Below are positions 1-14,235 of a DNA stretch of 64,000 bases, piece by piece. The position numbers and the translations under genes are program-made. The notes under the pieces were generated by a model that worked only from the letters and a program-made list of their open reading frames with translations, searched no databases and was not told the origin of the DNA. Location of the stretch: positions 127,100,001 through 127,164,000 of the forward strand of contig OZ024745.1 of NCBI GenBank assembly GCA_964016885.1. Reading direction: 5' to 3'. This DNA comes from Eledone cirrhosa (taxonomy: Eukaryota). Every line of letters starts with the position of its first letter. Position 1 is the first letter of the stretch.

Positions 1-421
1 CTATTACTATCTTGGTCGATCCTAAACCTCTACTTCATTACTTTATTACTCTCTTACGGCTTCCAGCCGACTGGCTGTGGTCATGCTGGGGCACTACCAT
101 TAAAAAAATAAACACATGTGTCGGTCGGGAGTCGAACCCATCGCTTCGAAGGCAACCATACTAACCTTTCATTTTATTTTTCTAGGATACTTCTGTCGTT
201 ATCACTATTGCTGTAGAAGCTTTAATCAGATGTCAAAATCTTGAGGGTTTTAATAAACGTGAAGTAGATTTGCCTCATGTACACACGAATATCCCAAATG
301 TTTCTACCAGTACTGGCATTGAAAATAGATTGTGGAATATTGTCTTGTTAAGAAGGAATACTGACTTCCATATGTACGTATGTATGAATGTATGTATGAA
401 TGTATGTATGCATGTATGTAG

Positions 422-690
422 GACCCCTAGCCTTTGTCAGGGCATTCTTCTAGGAGAAGGCAACTCAGGAAACTGGGATAACTCTGATATAAAACCTGCG
501 GCTCAGTAGTTACCGATGATGTTGATCTTTTCTTCTTTTCGGGTTATAGCTACTGTCGCTCAGAGAGTGGGATTGGCTCAGTGCAGTCTTTCCTCACTTT
601 AAAAAATATCTTCACGCACAGGCATTGCACGATAGAATTAATTAATAATTGTGCAATGGCCATACTCGATAACGAGGGGGTAGCCATCAT
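422..690 (+). mobile_element. Non-autonomous RTE-derived element with (ATGT)n tail; related copies at 895-1295 (+) and 51070-51175 (-)
   Basis: Shared ctaggagaaggcaactc...aaacctgc head and gccatactcgataacgag...catgtatg tail. The 895 copy carries a C2H2 remnant, CSVCTRVFKSLAGLKSHTHSAH. Confidence 0.55.
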
Positions 691-1700
691 GTATGTATGA
701 ATGTATGTATGAATGTATACATGTATGCATGTATGAATGTATACATGTATGTATGTATGCATGCATGCATGTATGTATGTGTGTATGAATGTACGTATCT
801 ATGTAAGAATGTACATATGTATGCATGTATGTGTTTATGTACATATGTACGCATGTATGCATGTATGTATATATGTATGTCTCTCCCGGTGATGACCCTT
901 AGCCTTTGTTAAGGCAGAATTCTAGGAGAATGGAAACTCTGATATAACACCTGCAACCCTGATGGTATCCAATGATGTTGACTTGTTCTTCTTTTTGGTA
1001 AATATCATCTTCGTTAAGAGAGTGGGACTGGCTTTGTGCAGGGCCTTTGCTCACTATAAAAGCTTCACGACACAGGCATTGCTTTATATCTGGAGATCTC
1101 TCTGCACTTGTCGTCACATGGTACCATGGCCCAGCACTATATGTCAATAATTGTCACAAGTGTAGTGTTTGTACCAGAGTTTTCAAGTCGCTGGCTGGAC
1201 TAAAAAGTCACACTCATTCAGCGCATCGGTAGGGGTTCTCCTACATTGATATAAAGTAGTGGCCGTACTCGAAAACGAGTTGGCAGCCACCATGTATGTA
1301 ACTATGCATCTATCTATATATGGGTGTGATTATGTTTGTGTTTCAGTAAATATACTATTAAATACATATCACGGCTTCATGTAGTTATCCATATGTTATT
1401 AATCAAATGAATATCAATGATACCCAATGGACACTAATTGAAGGTAGAAGTGATAGTTTCATGTTATACGATATGTGATGTCTGCAGTAGGAAAACATTT
1501 ATAGCTGTGTCGGCAGGTGGTGATTAACCCAATTTAGTTTCTCTAATATGGTCATAGGGTGGAGTAATACATTTCTTTTTCAGTCAAACATACGTTGCAT
1601 CATCCCCCCACCCACCCACACTCACATGTGAAGAAGATTTCTTTTTTCATGACTAGGTTCCCTCCCTTTTTTTTTGGGGGGGGGGGGTGCTCTTGTTACA

Positions 1701-1729
1701 TTCTTCTTCTTCTTCTTCTTCTTCTTCTT

Positions 1730-1760
<31 letters not shown>

Positions 1761-2180
1761 TTCTTATTCCTGAGAGGTTTCGTGGGGGCAGAGTCCTCAA
1801 ACACTCCGACCAGCGGGTCCTGTCAGAAGCAACCATCCCCAACTGATCCGGATGGATACCCAAGCGAGACCAGCCAACGTCATGGATGTTATCCAACCAT
1901 TTTGCTCGGGGGGTTTATCTCTGGATCTCCAACCGGTTGGTTTTGCACGCAAACTGTCCAGCGATTCTTTCCTGAGACATTCTAACCACATGTCCATAGT
2001 ATCGGAGATATGATCTCTCAATTCGGAGAAGTAGCGGCTCTACCTGGAGTGATTCTCTGATCTCCGAGCTACGCATTCTATCAAGTAACCTTACTCCAAA
2101 GACCCTTCGGAGGAACCCCATTTTGACCGCTTGTATTCGCGATCGTATTCTTTCGGTCATTACCCAATATTAATGACCAA
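1701..2180 (-). mobile_element. RTE-clade LINE 3' fragment with (GAA)n tail
   Basis: RIQAVKMGFLRRVFGVRLLDRMRSSEIRESLQVEPLLLRIERSYLRYYGHVVRM is the RTE post-RT domain (LRWxGHxxRM). Confidence 0.8.
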
Positions 2181-2303
2181 AATATATCAGCTGTGCGATG
2201 TGTCATTTTCTCTCTCTGAGTCAATGACTGAATGAGCCTAATATGCTAACGACCCTTAAAATGTGTTCTCTGGAAGGTCTTCCTATTAAATCTTGCTTTA
2301 GTC

Positions 2304-2348
<45 letters not shown>

Positions 2349-2769
2349 TATGTATGTAAGGTTCCTTAACGCACGGCGTTTTGTTTTTAGTATTTAAAGC
2401 CAGGCGGAGCCCATCTCCTCTCCAGGTCTCCAGGTCTCCAGGTCTGAATAAAGCAGATTTCTTCCAGAGAAGGATAGAAAGTGAGAAAGAGAAATAGAGG
2501 AAGATCGGCCATAGTTCTAGACTGGTATTTTGTTTTATCGACCCCGAAAGGATGAAAGGCAAAGTTGACCTCGGTGGGATTGGGAATACTGTAGGCCAAG
2601 AATCAACAACTTCCTTTTGTGATAGCCCACTTTCACTGTAGTGTAACATTTAAGGCAGGTAGATTTGACTGCTATGTCTAGCAGTTTAAGCCACAAGTAG
2701 ATGCATTTTCAATGTTTTTGTTTTATTGTGATAGATTTATGTTTCCTTGTCTCTTTTCATTCAACACGC

Positions 2770-2858
<89 letters not shown>

Positions 2859-2984
2859 CCCCTTCTATCGGTATGTTTACTTCGTTTTTTCGTTTTTTCC
2901 TTTTTTTCTTCCTCCCTTTTTCTTTCTTTCTCTCTTCATTATCACTTCTTTCCCTCATGGCTTTTTGATAGATAAAAGGCCATG

Positions 2985-3054
2985 GGCGCGCTACGAACCG
3001 ATGTTCTGTTTTGAGCGCCGAAATATCTAAGATCCGTAGTAAACAGCTGACGAA
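2985..3054 (+). ncRNA. Candidate rearranged (non-circularly permuted) hammerhead, locus D
   Basis: ggcgc-gctacgaacc-gatgT-T-ctgttt-tgagcgcc-GAA-Atatc-taagatccgtagt-aaacag-CTGACGA. Confidence 0.6.
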
Positions 3055-3148
3055 GGGAAACTTTTCTTTTCTTGTTTACGTCCCGATTACCTTCTAACAC
3101 TTCGTTTTCTCTAACCACACAGCCTCGTCTCTTTACCTGTATATATAT

Positions 3149-3237
<89 letters not shown>

Positions 3238-3856
3238 CATATATATATATACATATACATATATATATATATACATATATATACTTATATATATATATAT
3301 ATATATATACAAACATATGTAGATATATATATATACATATATATACATATATATATATCTATACATATATATATAGATATATATTCATATATACACATAT
3401 ATATATACATATATATACATATATATATATCTATACATATATATATAGATATATATTCATATATACACATATATATATACATATATATATACATATATAC
3501 ATATATATATACATATATATATACATATATACATATATATATATATACATTTATATATATACACATATATATACATATATATATATACATATATATACAT
3601 ATATGAACATATATATATATACCCGCAGAAGAGCACAGGAATAGTGACTTACCCTTAATAATTGTTGCGAAACAAATTTAGAACTGTCCGGGTATCACGG
3701 CCATTTCCAATATAGGTTTGTTATTTTTATTGATTTATTATTTTAAATCGAGACAGGCAAACCATATGATGTTAAATTAGTATTTTTCAACCTAGCTAAC
3801 TTGGTCATTTGCAATTCGAACACATGTATACTTGTATCGGTGCTCATATATTCATT

Positions 3857-3931
<75 letters not shown>

Positions 3932-3984
3932 CTTAATAAAAACAATGAATAAAAACAAAGAACAAGTTCCTTATATTAAAAAAT

Positions 3985-4120
3985 TCATCATTTTACGATC
4001 GTTTCTAGGATATATATGTGTGTTGGTATGTATATCATATAGATTTATGTAAAAATATTACAAACTATCAGAGGAAATATACATACCTTCACATATATAT
4101 GCTGTCTTCAGAAATAATGA
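3985..4120 (-). ncRNA. Type-I hammerhead ribozyme motif with long stem II
   Basis: Minus strand reads tcattattt-CTGAAGA-(long stem II)-GAAAC-GATC-GTA-aaatgatga: 9-bp stem I, palindromic stem III, GUA site. Confidence 0.8.
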
Positions 4121-4855
4121 GATTGGTTTATTGAAAAAAAACAACAAAGATTTAATATAATAGGTCTGTTAGGGAACAGGTTTTGAATTGACCAATAGAA
4201 AAGTAGTAAGAGGTCAAGTTGATAGAATAGTAGTAGTAGAAATTTAATTTAGGGGTGGAGGAATGCAGACTTATGTTTTGAATGGAAAGAATACTTTGAA
4301 TGACAGAATACTTTCGGGATGAAAAGAGGTCAAGCCGGTGAAGAGTACACAAAAATTTGATGTTATTAAAGAATAATGTTAAAGAATAATGTTAAAGAAT
4401 AATGTTAAAACCGAAGGAGAGTAAAATTTTAGGGTAAAGGTATTAGTGAGAAATACCAATCTTATTTAAAACACAAGGAATTTAGATCTATAACAAGAAA
4501 TTAAATTAATTGATAGGTATACTTATAGGGATAAATTTATATTAATTCATATGGATGTGATAAATAAGAATTAGATGTTATTAAAGAATGTTGTTAAAAA
4601 CGAAGGAAAATAAAATTTTGGGATAAGTGTAGTAGTGAGAAATACCAATCTTATATAGACTACAAGGAATCTAGATTCATAACAGGAAATTAAATTAATT
4701 TATATGTATACTTTTAGGTATTAATTTTAGGAAAAGAGAGCTGTAAGAGGGAAATAAAATTATGAAGTTCTCTGTAGTAAAGTATTAATTATAGGTTAAC
4801 TAAATTAAAAAAAACTAATTATAATAATATGTAAAATATAAGTGTAAGGTGTATA

Positions 4856-5225
4856 TTAATTAGGTTTATAATATTTGAAAGTTCTTCTAATTCTATGATT
4901 GCAAGATATAATTAATTCTTGTCGCTTATTTAATAGGATATCCTTAGATTTCATTATTTCAAAAAGTTCCTGGGAGCATAATCTACACTCATATCTGTTA
5001 TTTTGATAAGGGGTGGCCTTTTTTAGCACACTCCAGGTCAGGTTGTAATCGATATTCTTTTTTCTAGAATTATTAATAGTTTCAGCCAAGGATGTTGTAT
5101 TAGCTAATGCGGCATTTTTAAAACTATGTTTGTGGGTATTAAATCTTACTTTAAATTGGCTAGACGTAGCTCCTATATATGAATAAGTTGAGTCCTTAGT
5201 GCTAATTTTACATTTATATACTATG
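4856..5225 (-). pseudogene. GIY-YIG endonuclease domain fragment of a PLE
   Basis: IVYKCKI...YSYIGATSSQFKVRFNTHKHSF...W..LKKA.PY.....CRLC..E.......LLNKRQELIISCNH matches the VY..YIG..R..H pattern and the CxLC/LN/CxH C-terminus of Neptune-type PLE endonucleases. Confidence 0.85.
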
Positions 5226-5414
5226 TATATATATATAAAAATACATAATCGGAGAAAGCTAAAAGCGATACTCCGCTCAAATTCAAACTCACTGAACAAA
5301 CATTAGGAAATACCGGAGTATATTCCCAATTAAACGTTTGGGATGCTAACTATATTGTATTGTGTGGATAATTGGCTGTATTATTTCATATGAGATATAT
5401 CAAATATATCATTT

Positions 5415-5537
5415 CCCAGACGACTCTTTTCATTATAAGATTTCTACAAGTTGGGTGAAATTTTACCAAGTTATGTAGAAGCTTGTATAAGATCAACAGA
5501 TACTTATTCAAGAAGGCACTTATAAATCTTCAGTGGG
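5415..5537 (-). ncRNA. Slightly decayed type-I hammerhead motif
   Basis: ccca-CTGAAGA-t-ttataag...cttataa-t-GAAA-agagtc-GTC-tggg; the 15.2 position is mismatched. Confidence 0.55.
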
Positions 5538-5963
5538 TACCCAATAATATTAGTATTGATAACCAAATCAACATCAATATTTAGCGATAATCACCATCAG
5601 TGCTTGAGGGGACTGCTAGGTTGTTAGTCCAGCAGTTCTAAAGAAAATCTCACACTGTCCCGAAAATGGGAGGAAGGAGGCTACCGCCAAAAACAATACA
5701 TGCGCAGGTCGTTGAACTCCGACAAGAATTCAAGCCACGTGCTAAGAACTCAATTGGATATGAAAAAATAACTATATGTGCTTCCACTTCTGTCAAATAG
5801 GTTTAGTGCCTCAGCCAGTCAGCTGGAACAGGTAAAAGAGGAAAAGCTATTTCTGAAAAAAACATTTTTTCTTCTTTTCTTTCCTCTTCTCACTTTCTAA
5901 CTTTCTTCGTTTTTTATTTCACATTCTCGTCGTTTGCTTTGTTGCTTCTGTTTAGTTTTCACG

Positions 5964-6059
<96 letters not shown>

Positions 6060-6673
6060 TACATCTAAGATATATATATACGTAGATACATAGACACACA
6101 CTCACACGTATAGGTATATATCTAAGCTATATATATATATAATAAGGGTTGACGGACCCAGCATATTTATCAATGCCAGTACCGGTTGTATCTCAGCGCA
6201 CTCAATGGGCAATGTAAGATACATTACCAGAGTATACACATAGTTATTTGCCTCAACACAACACAACACAATATATATATATATATATACATAGATACCT
6301 AGACACACACATACACATATATATAGTTGTTTCCCGGTATTCGTGGGTGTTATGTTAGTAGAACACCCGCGAAGAGTGAAAAACTACGAATATTGGACGT
6401 GGTCCATAAAAATGCCTATAAAAATCAAAATATCACGTAAAAATAGTTTTAAAAAAAAAGAGGACCGTTTTATGCGAAGGGGCGTCCAATAGGCCGGTAA
6501 ATACGGTATATTGTTATTAATAATTTAGCGTTAAAAATATATATATATTATGCCACGAAAAAAGCCATTAAAAAATCGTGGAAAATATTTATGATTCCGC
6601 GAATATGCGGTAGTTTCCACTAAAAATTATTAGTTACGTTCTAATAACTTGGACTGTGAACGCCGGGGATACA

Positions 6674-6704
<31 letters not shown>

Positions 6705-6896
6705 ACAAAGAGGGTGTGGTAAGATACCAGGTGGACCATAACGCACCAGAGTACTCAATACTTAGGGTAGTAGAGTGGGTAATATGAAAAAAGTCAGGAC
6801 CCCCGACGGCTAAGCTCCGGCCGTTTCGACATCTGTTCGGATCTAGCTGTCGAAACGGCCGAAGCTCAATCGTCGGGGTCCTGAATCTTTTCATAT
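6705..6896. mobile_element. Short tail-plus-hairpin element, family copy 1
   Basis: Tail acaaagagggtgtggtaagataccaggtggaccataacgcaccagagtactcaata, followed by hairpin 6782-6830/6847-6896, within (TA)n. Confidence 0.65.
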
Positions 6897-6919
6897 ATAT
6901 ATATAATTTAGTTATTGTA

Positions 6920-6990
6920 TTGCCCTACCCGGAGGTATATGGTCTGTAATGCGAAGAAATACCTATGATGGCTAGTAGACCACTGATGAT
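6920..6990 (+). ncRNA. Candidate rearranged hammerhead, locus C
   Basis: ttgc-cctacccgga-ggtaT-A-tggtctg-taatgcgaa-GAA-Atacc-tatgatggctag-tagacca-CTGATGA-t. Confidence 0.65.
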
Positions 6991-7842
6991 GGATAGTCCT
7001 GGCTTCTATTTCTAATTCTTCATTTTATTATATATATCATATTTGCAACAACACAGCTCAACATTTTTCATTTATATATATATAATATACATATATATAT
7101 ATATATATATACGCATACATTCCAGAAAAGAAAATTCACCCATGCTAACATACAAGCCTGCACTCGAACGAACTCACACTTATCCACGTATATTGTAAAA
7201 TGAAAGAGAGTGTGTGAGGAGGCGAAGCAGTTATGCAATATTGAAGTGGATTTATGTGAAAACTCAGAACCTATATCCCTGTAGACAGCCGAGTATTAAG
7301 TGACAGAGTGATATCAAAATAATTATAATCTTCTTCACTGAAGTAGTGAAAGGTGAGTGGAGATATCTTCTAGCTCAGATAATTCAATTTCCTCTCATTT
7401 ATGGCATTTGTAGTCTTTTCCAGTACTGCTTTATTTTTTCTGTATGTTTAACAAATTTTTAATCATATCAACAATTATATATATTTTTAATCATATCAAC
7501 AATTATATATATTTTTAATCATATCAACAATTATATATATTTTTAATCATATCAACAATTATATATATTTTTAATCATATCAACAATCATATATATCAAC
7601 GTCAGAGGATCAACTTAATCCTCGTTGTTGACATCGTTCATTTAATACGCTTTCCTCATAATCTTTAGTCATCCTATCAATTCTGGGTTTGATCACACTG
7701 TATGGCACCATGGATAAGTATTTTTGACTCTAACCTTGACAGGATTTGAACTCAGAACGTAAATGGACGTAACTCTATGCCACACCGCATGATGTCCGAA
7801 GCTCTACCAATACTGTCAATGCACCACCATTTTTTCTTATAA

Positions 7843-8030
7843 TAATTGTTTCTACTTTAGGCACAAGGCCAGCAATTACCCAGTGCATTACTGGTACTTT
7901 ATTTTATCGACCCCGTAAGGATGAAAGGCAAAGTTAACATCGGCGGGATTTGAACTCAGTCCGTAAAGGGACGTAACTATGCTGCAAAGCATGGCGTCCG
8001 ACCCTCTACCGATACTGCCAATCCACCGCC
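7843..8030 (-). mobile_element. tRNA-derived SINE family 1 (~190 bp)
   Basis: A box tggcagtatcgg, B box gagttcaaatcc, central gcctttcatccttacggggtcgataaaataaagtaccag, and tail gtagaaacaattat. Confidence 0.85.
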
Positions 8031-8362
8031 CTTTTTTTCTTATAATAATAACAGTACTTAAGAATACATCCTCAGACATGGACGGAAAGAGAAGGGCATA
8101 AATTTATAATAAATGATACCAGCACGTACCAAACACAGTGATAATTAGCTACAGTACTCTGGGACATATCTAACAGACTGGTAAGAAGAATCAGAAGGAC
8201 CACCCTGGTATCAAAGTCGTAAACTGAAATGAAAGTCTATGCAATTCTTATAGACATCTTAACCCCTTTTAACAAAAATCTGACCCGGAAGGAAGTTTAA
8301 AAGCTCCCATGGAGTATGAAAATATAAACGGTACTAATAATAATTAGTGAATTGGGTACAAT

Positions 8363-8432
<70 letters not shown>

Positions 8433-9527
8433 AAGACATTAAGATTATACGATAACCTTCCAACGTGCTGTACTTTAGACTATTTCAAATAGCATAGCTC
8501 ACACAATATATATCCAACACTTACTTCGTCCAACACTATAAAGGAAATTTTATTGGAGAGTAGCACATCTTCTCGACTCTTACTTTGCTGTCCAAGAGGA
8601 ACTTAAAAAACAAAATAATGAGCGATTAATCGAAGAGTGCCTCTCCTCAGTCCACCAGGCAGAAAAAAAACTGTCTACTCTTTCCAGCTTAAATAAGTTG
8701 TTGAGTCGATCTTTACGGTGGATTCAGCAAAAGGCCGGATCCATTATTGTCCACGTGAAAACAGCTGTTTGGCATAACTCCAAATATAAACAATACTGCA
8801 TTGCCTAAATTGTAGAGAATTGTGAGAGTAATTTCAAACAGCAAATGCCTGATCTTGGTCTTTGTTTGACTCATGTCTGCAAAACTGACAAAAGACTAGC
8901 TGCGAGTAGAAGTGTTATAGAAACCACGGCCGCACCTGCCCACCGACCACGAATCTTTATAGATGCCAAAGTCCCGATGCATCATCAAGCTTTAATCAAT
9001 ATGTATGGAACTTGTTCCAGATGAAGCGAAAAACCAAAACCTTGAATCTAATAAGATGAAAATTGAGGCCTACACGGTGGTCAGGTGACAATAAATAACG
9101 GAGAGGATATATATGTTTGCCATCTTGCCCGAACTTTTAGGAATGAATTCCTCACAGCCCATTTCTTGGAGGTCTCACTTGAACTAGACTCCAAATACCT
9201 GAAACAGAACACTCTGTTCCCAGTGTGCTTCCAGTTCCGATAAACGTTTTTGTAAGTGAGAGGTGTACAAGTTTGGCATGTATCCATAATAATAATTGTC
9301 TCTGGCAGAATGCCAGCAATTTGGGTGATGGGGGAAAAGTCAATTATATCTACCTCAGTACTTGGCAGCTACATTATTTTATTGACCCCAGAAAGACGAA
9401 AATGTGAAGGATGAAATGCACATTTGGCTACGGTGGAATTTGAACTCTCACCGTAAAGAGCCGGAACAAATAACACAAAGCATCTTATCCAGCGATATGC
9501 TGATTCCTACCATTTGCTAAGTGTTGA

Positions 9528-9846
9528 AGGCGCGTGGTTTTCTGGTTAGGGTATAAATCTCACAATAGTAAGGTCATGTGTTCGATTCCCGGCGGCGCAT
9601 TGTGTCCTTGAGAAAGACTTTTATTTCACGTCACTCCAGTACAGTCAGCTGGCAAAAATGAGTTGTACCTGTAATTCGAAGGGTCAGCTTTGTCACATTC
9701 TGTGTCACGCTGAATCTCCCTGAGAACTATGTTAAGAGTACGTGTGTCTGTGGAACACTCAACCACTTGCACGTTAATTTCAGGAGCAGGCTGTTCCGTT
9801 GATCAAATCAACTGGAATACTCGTCGTTTTAGCCGACGGAGTACCA
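9528..9846 (+). mobile_element. tRNA-derived SINE family 2 (~320 bp)
   Basis: A box ggcgcgtgg..tggttag, B box gttcgattccc, core gtgtccttgag-aagac. Homologues at 43928-44248 (-) and 57875-58170 (+). Confidence 0.8.
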
Positions 9847-10570
9847 TTCACTAAGCGTTGTCTTTTTCTTTTAGTTGCTACGAGGGTACAAAAAATAGGG
9901 GCATTAGAAAACCTAAAAACAATGATACCGACAAACAAGTGGGATGATATCGGGTGGAAGAAGTGAAAAGTGTAAAATATGCAGTTATATAAAATAATAA
10001 AGAAAAAAGAAAAATTACAAATAAAAATATTTGGGGTTACTATATAGGGGAAATCAGCATTGATTCAGCTCTTCCTTTTTCTAGGGTACTTCCGCAGTTA
10101 GGGAGCGGCAGTTATGCTGTTTATGCTGGTATTGGTGGAGTGAGCGACTTTTGTAAAAGAAGCTGGTTCACTCACATGTTGATCTAATTATTTGTCTGCC
10201 GGATAATCTTTTCTTTTTATTTTGTTGTTGTTGTTGTTTTGTTGCTTTCTTCTAGGTTTTTATTCTTTATTTTTTTTTTTACTGTTTTTTTCTTCTTTTA
10301 AACTAAGGATGGTCTCATACAATGCAGACCACAAATGCCATCACCTCTCCCCTGTCCCCAACATACCAATATCAATGCCAGCAACCCACTCCATTCATAA
10401 ACATGCATTACATACTAACGACACCACCCACAATGGCTGCTTCCTATGTATCTGTTGCCAACTATCTCCACCCTTACTATTGCCCACAACAACAACAACA
10501 AACAGAACAAAAAGAACAATAACAAAAATGCCAGCATACACCGTTTCTACTATCACTGCTCTCAAACTCT

Positions 10571-10762
10571 AATAATTGTTTCTACTTTTGGCACAAGGCT
10601 AGCACTACCCAGTGTATTACTGGTACTTTATTTTATCGACCCCGTAAGGATGAAAGGTAAAGTTAACCTCGGCGGGATTTGAACTCAGAATGGCAAGGGC
10701 CGTAACTCTATGCGTCAAAGCATGGCGTCTGACCCTCTACCGATACTGCCAATCCACCGCCC
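10571..10762 (-). mobile_element. SINE family 1
   Basis: Full-length match to the other copies. Confidence 0.85.
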
Positions 10763-13180
10763 TGCGAGGTGGGGTAGCCGTAGCAGAGTGATTCGCTGAC
10801 TATTGTCTGCGGAAATACCTTTGCCATTTTATCTGCGGGGCGCAGCCGAAACACCGCTCTGACCTAGGTGTTGAGTCTGTCACCCCCTCCCCACCTCCCT
10901 TTCTGCCTTCTTTGTCTAGTAGTCCTTGTTCTCCCCTTCATTTTCCTCTCATTTATTGCATTCATAGTACTTTCCAATACTGATCTCTTTACGAAATACT
11001 TTACTACGAAATAAAATTTTATGAAATAAAAATGTAAAATATAAAAAAAAATTATAACCATTATCACCTGCTTATCACTACCTTAACTAAACCGATAAAC
11101 CACCACCATGATCATCGCCATCCTTACCCCCCACTAACTCCACTTTCACTTGTATTTTCCCTACCTCCACCTGCAAAATAAAAGACATACACATGCACAC
11201 ACATACACACTTATACACACACATACACATACATACACATACATGCACACGCAAGCATACACAGACTGACAGATTATATGTATTATCGAAATTATATCTG
11301 TGAGAAGACACCCTTTTTATTTCCTACTCATCGCAACAACTTCCTTTCTCCAGAAATGTACAATTGTCAGCACATTCTTTAAATATTGTTCCCTACGCGG
11401 GTAGGAGTGCCATTACAAGTCGCAGATATAGTGAAGTAGGTATGCCTGCACTGTTAAGGTTATATTTTATTGTTATAAGATTTGATTGACTTTATTTTTC
11501 AAATGGCAAAAACCAAAAAACTTCCCAGAACCTTCTTATTTGTGCTCTATATTTTTCAAAATACATAGCTGGGGCTTCCAGTCAGCAGCCAGAAATGTCT
11601 TAGGCGTGTCCATATGGTATAAAACCAAAAAACAAAAATAATTTTCAATCCACTTTACAATGTTTAATATGCTTTATAGAAATTTAGAAAAATAAACTTA
11701 AAGTTCAACAGATGTTTTATAATTCCTTTCCAGAACATTCGAGCCAATTGCTATTAAATATTAAGAATGAAAGATAGTGAGAGGTCGGGATACAATGTAT
11801 CAATGTTAGGATAAAAACAAGCAAAACTATTAAATTAAAGTTAAATGAATAAACATTGTTGTCTCTGACCGAGACGAAGTATGAGAATATTTGAATTCAT
11901 AGAAAAATGAAAAAACTCATCGCTAGAACAGCTATTAAAACTTTTAAAAAATTGACAAGTATGTTTCATTGCCTTGGAACGGTGAGATAGAATTTGTTCG
12001 TGGGCAAAACCCATAAAATAAATGACGATGATGATGTTGAATGATATATTCAATATCTCTTGAATCTAGTCATAAAATATAAAACTTCGGTTCTTAAAAT
12101 ATTATTTATATTTTCGGAAATCTTCACGAGTCTAGCGTCTAATAAAGAAATTTTATCTACCATCGTCACCCCCACCACCACCAGCACTGCAACATATCAC
12201 CAATAATACCACCACCAAGAACTATGACACACCCATCACCATCATCATCATCGACTTTGCCATCATCATCATCTCCATCATGATCTTCATTCTTCTCTTC
12301 ATTTCAGTTTCACCACTGCTATGACCATTACCACGACATCACCAAAAGACTATTATCATCAATACCACCACCACCACCACCTCTACCACTGCCACCCTTT
12401 CCACCACCACCACCACCTCTACCACTGCCACTCTTTCCACCACCACCACTGCCACAACAACCATCTTCACCACCATCACCTCCACAACCACCACCACCTC
12501 TGCTACCACCACGGCCACCAACGCCACCACCATCAGCAATGCCACCATCATCCCATCTACGACCCCATCACCACTGCCACCACCACCACCTCAACCACCT
12601 CCACCCCTACCACCACGGCCACCAACGACACCGCCATCACCAACGCCCCAACCCCCCCACCCCATCTACCACCATCACCACCACAACCCCTACTACCACG
12701 GCCACCAACGCCACCACCACCCCATCTACCACCATCACCACTGCCACCACCACCACCACCAATACCACCACAACCGCAACCACAACCGCAACCACTGCCA
12801 CCACAACCATCACCACCACACACCACCGATAATATTGTCGTTACTGGTGATGATGATGATGGTGGTGGTGATGCGAATGCTGTCGTCGCCGTCGTCTTCA
12901 TCATCACCATCACCATCACCATCGTCATCATCATTATCATCATCATTATCATTATAAAGCACATATCAATTGTGTGTTCTATGACGTAACGATGTACAAA
13001 GACTTTCCCCAGCCATTGATATATTACACGGTAATAGCTCTTCTGAGTTTTGTTGTAACACGTTCCAGAGTCGTCGTGCTTGGACGGCCTGTTAATGTAG
13101 GGTGAGACAGACTGCGTAGGAAATTGGTAGTGGAGAAGGAACGGGGATTGTAGAAAAGAAATGCTGAGCAATACAGTAAT

Positions 13181-13216
<36 letters not shown>

Positions 13217-13238
13217 GTGTGTGTGTGAGTGTGTGTGT

Positions 13239-13329
<91 letters not shown>

Positions 13330-13404
13330 TACGTATATACATACATTTATATATACATAAATATATATGTATACATACACACACATATATATACATACAT
13401 ACAT

Positions 13405-13471
<67 letters not shown>

Positions 13472-13472
13472 T

Positions 13473-13523
<51 letters not shown>

Positions 13524-13546
13524 TATATATATATATATACATACAT

Positions 13547-13594
<48 letters not shown>

Positions 13595-13617
13595 GCATAT
13601 ATATATATACATATGTA

Positions 13618-13682
<65 letters not shown>

Positions 13683-14235
13683 CATTAAGGAAGATGCTGT
13701 GTTACATAAATCGTTTATTCCTTATTATTTCAACGGTTCTCCCATGCAATCAAGATGTAATTCATGCATTTGTTGTTATTTGTTATGAAAACGTTATCTT
13801 CAGATGAAATTCGATTTTGTGATATGCTCGTGCGCCCGGTAGACATATGAGTTCCTAAAAGGTTCTTTTCTGGAGTAAAGTGCTATCCATGTGTCAATTA
13901 GCGAAATCAGGACCCACGCACCCTCCACGGAATTAGGGTCATTAATCATCAAAAGGATAACCCTTCAAGTGTGTTGTGTTGATCTGTACCAAACAATAGT
14001 CTATGCGTAGCTAGATTCCAGCAGATAATGGAAGCAATACACAGAACTCTGAGGGAGGGCGAGTTACACATTTTGATGACAGCTACATTCACTACTACAG
14101 CAGCAGCAACAACAACAACACCACTCCATCGCCCACACTGGGCGTATATATATATATACATGCTTATTTTAAGTTGACCGTATGAGGTCTATTGGGGGGG
14201 GGGGGGATGTCACTAATCTTATACATCAAATATTG

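Larger units (their letters stand above)
3931..5225 (-). mobile_element. 5'-truncated Penelope-like element (Neptune-type): GIY-YIG endonuclease end, 3' UTR and hammerhead-bearing pLTR
   Basis: GIY-YIG ORF at 4856-5225, about 700 bp of pyrimidine-rich 3' UTR with an internal duplication (4362-4540 vs 4574-4720), and a hammerhead at 3985-4120. Both ends abut (TA)n. Confidence 0.85.

Noticed and set aside
6782-6896. Hammerhead in the 6705-family hairpin (GAAACGGCCG)
   Set aside because: No CUGANGA and no UH triplet (GGA/GAA) in any of the three copies.
12321-12989. His/Thr/Pro-rich ORF
   Set aside because: Degenerate (CAC/CAT)n low-complexity tract with no domain or convincing exon boundaries.
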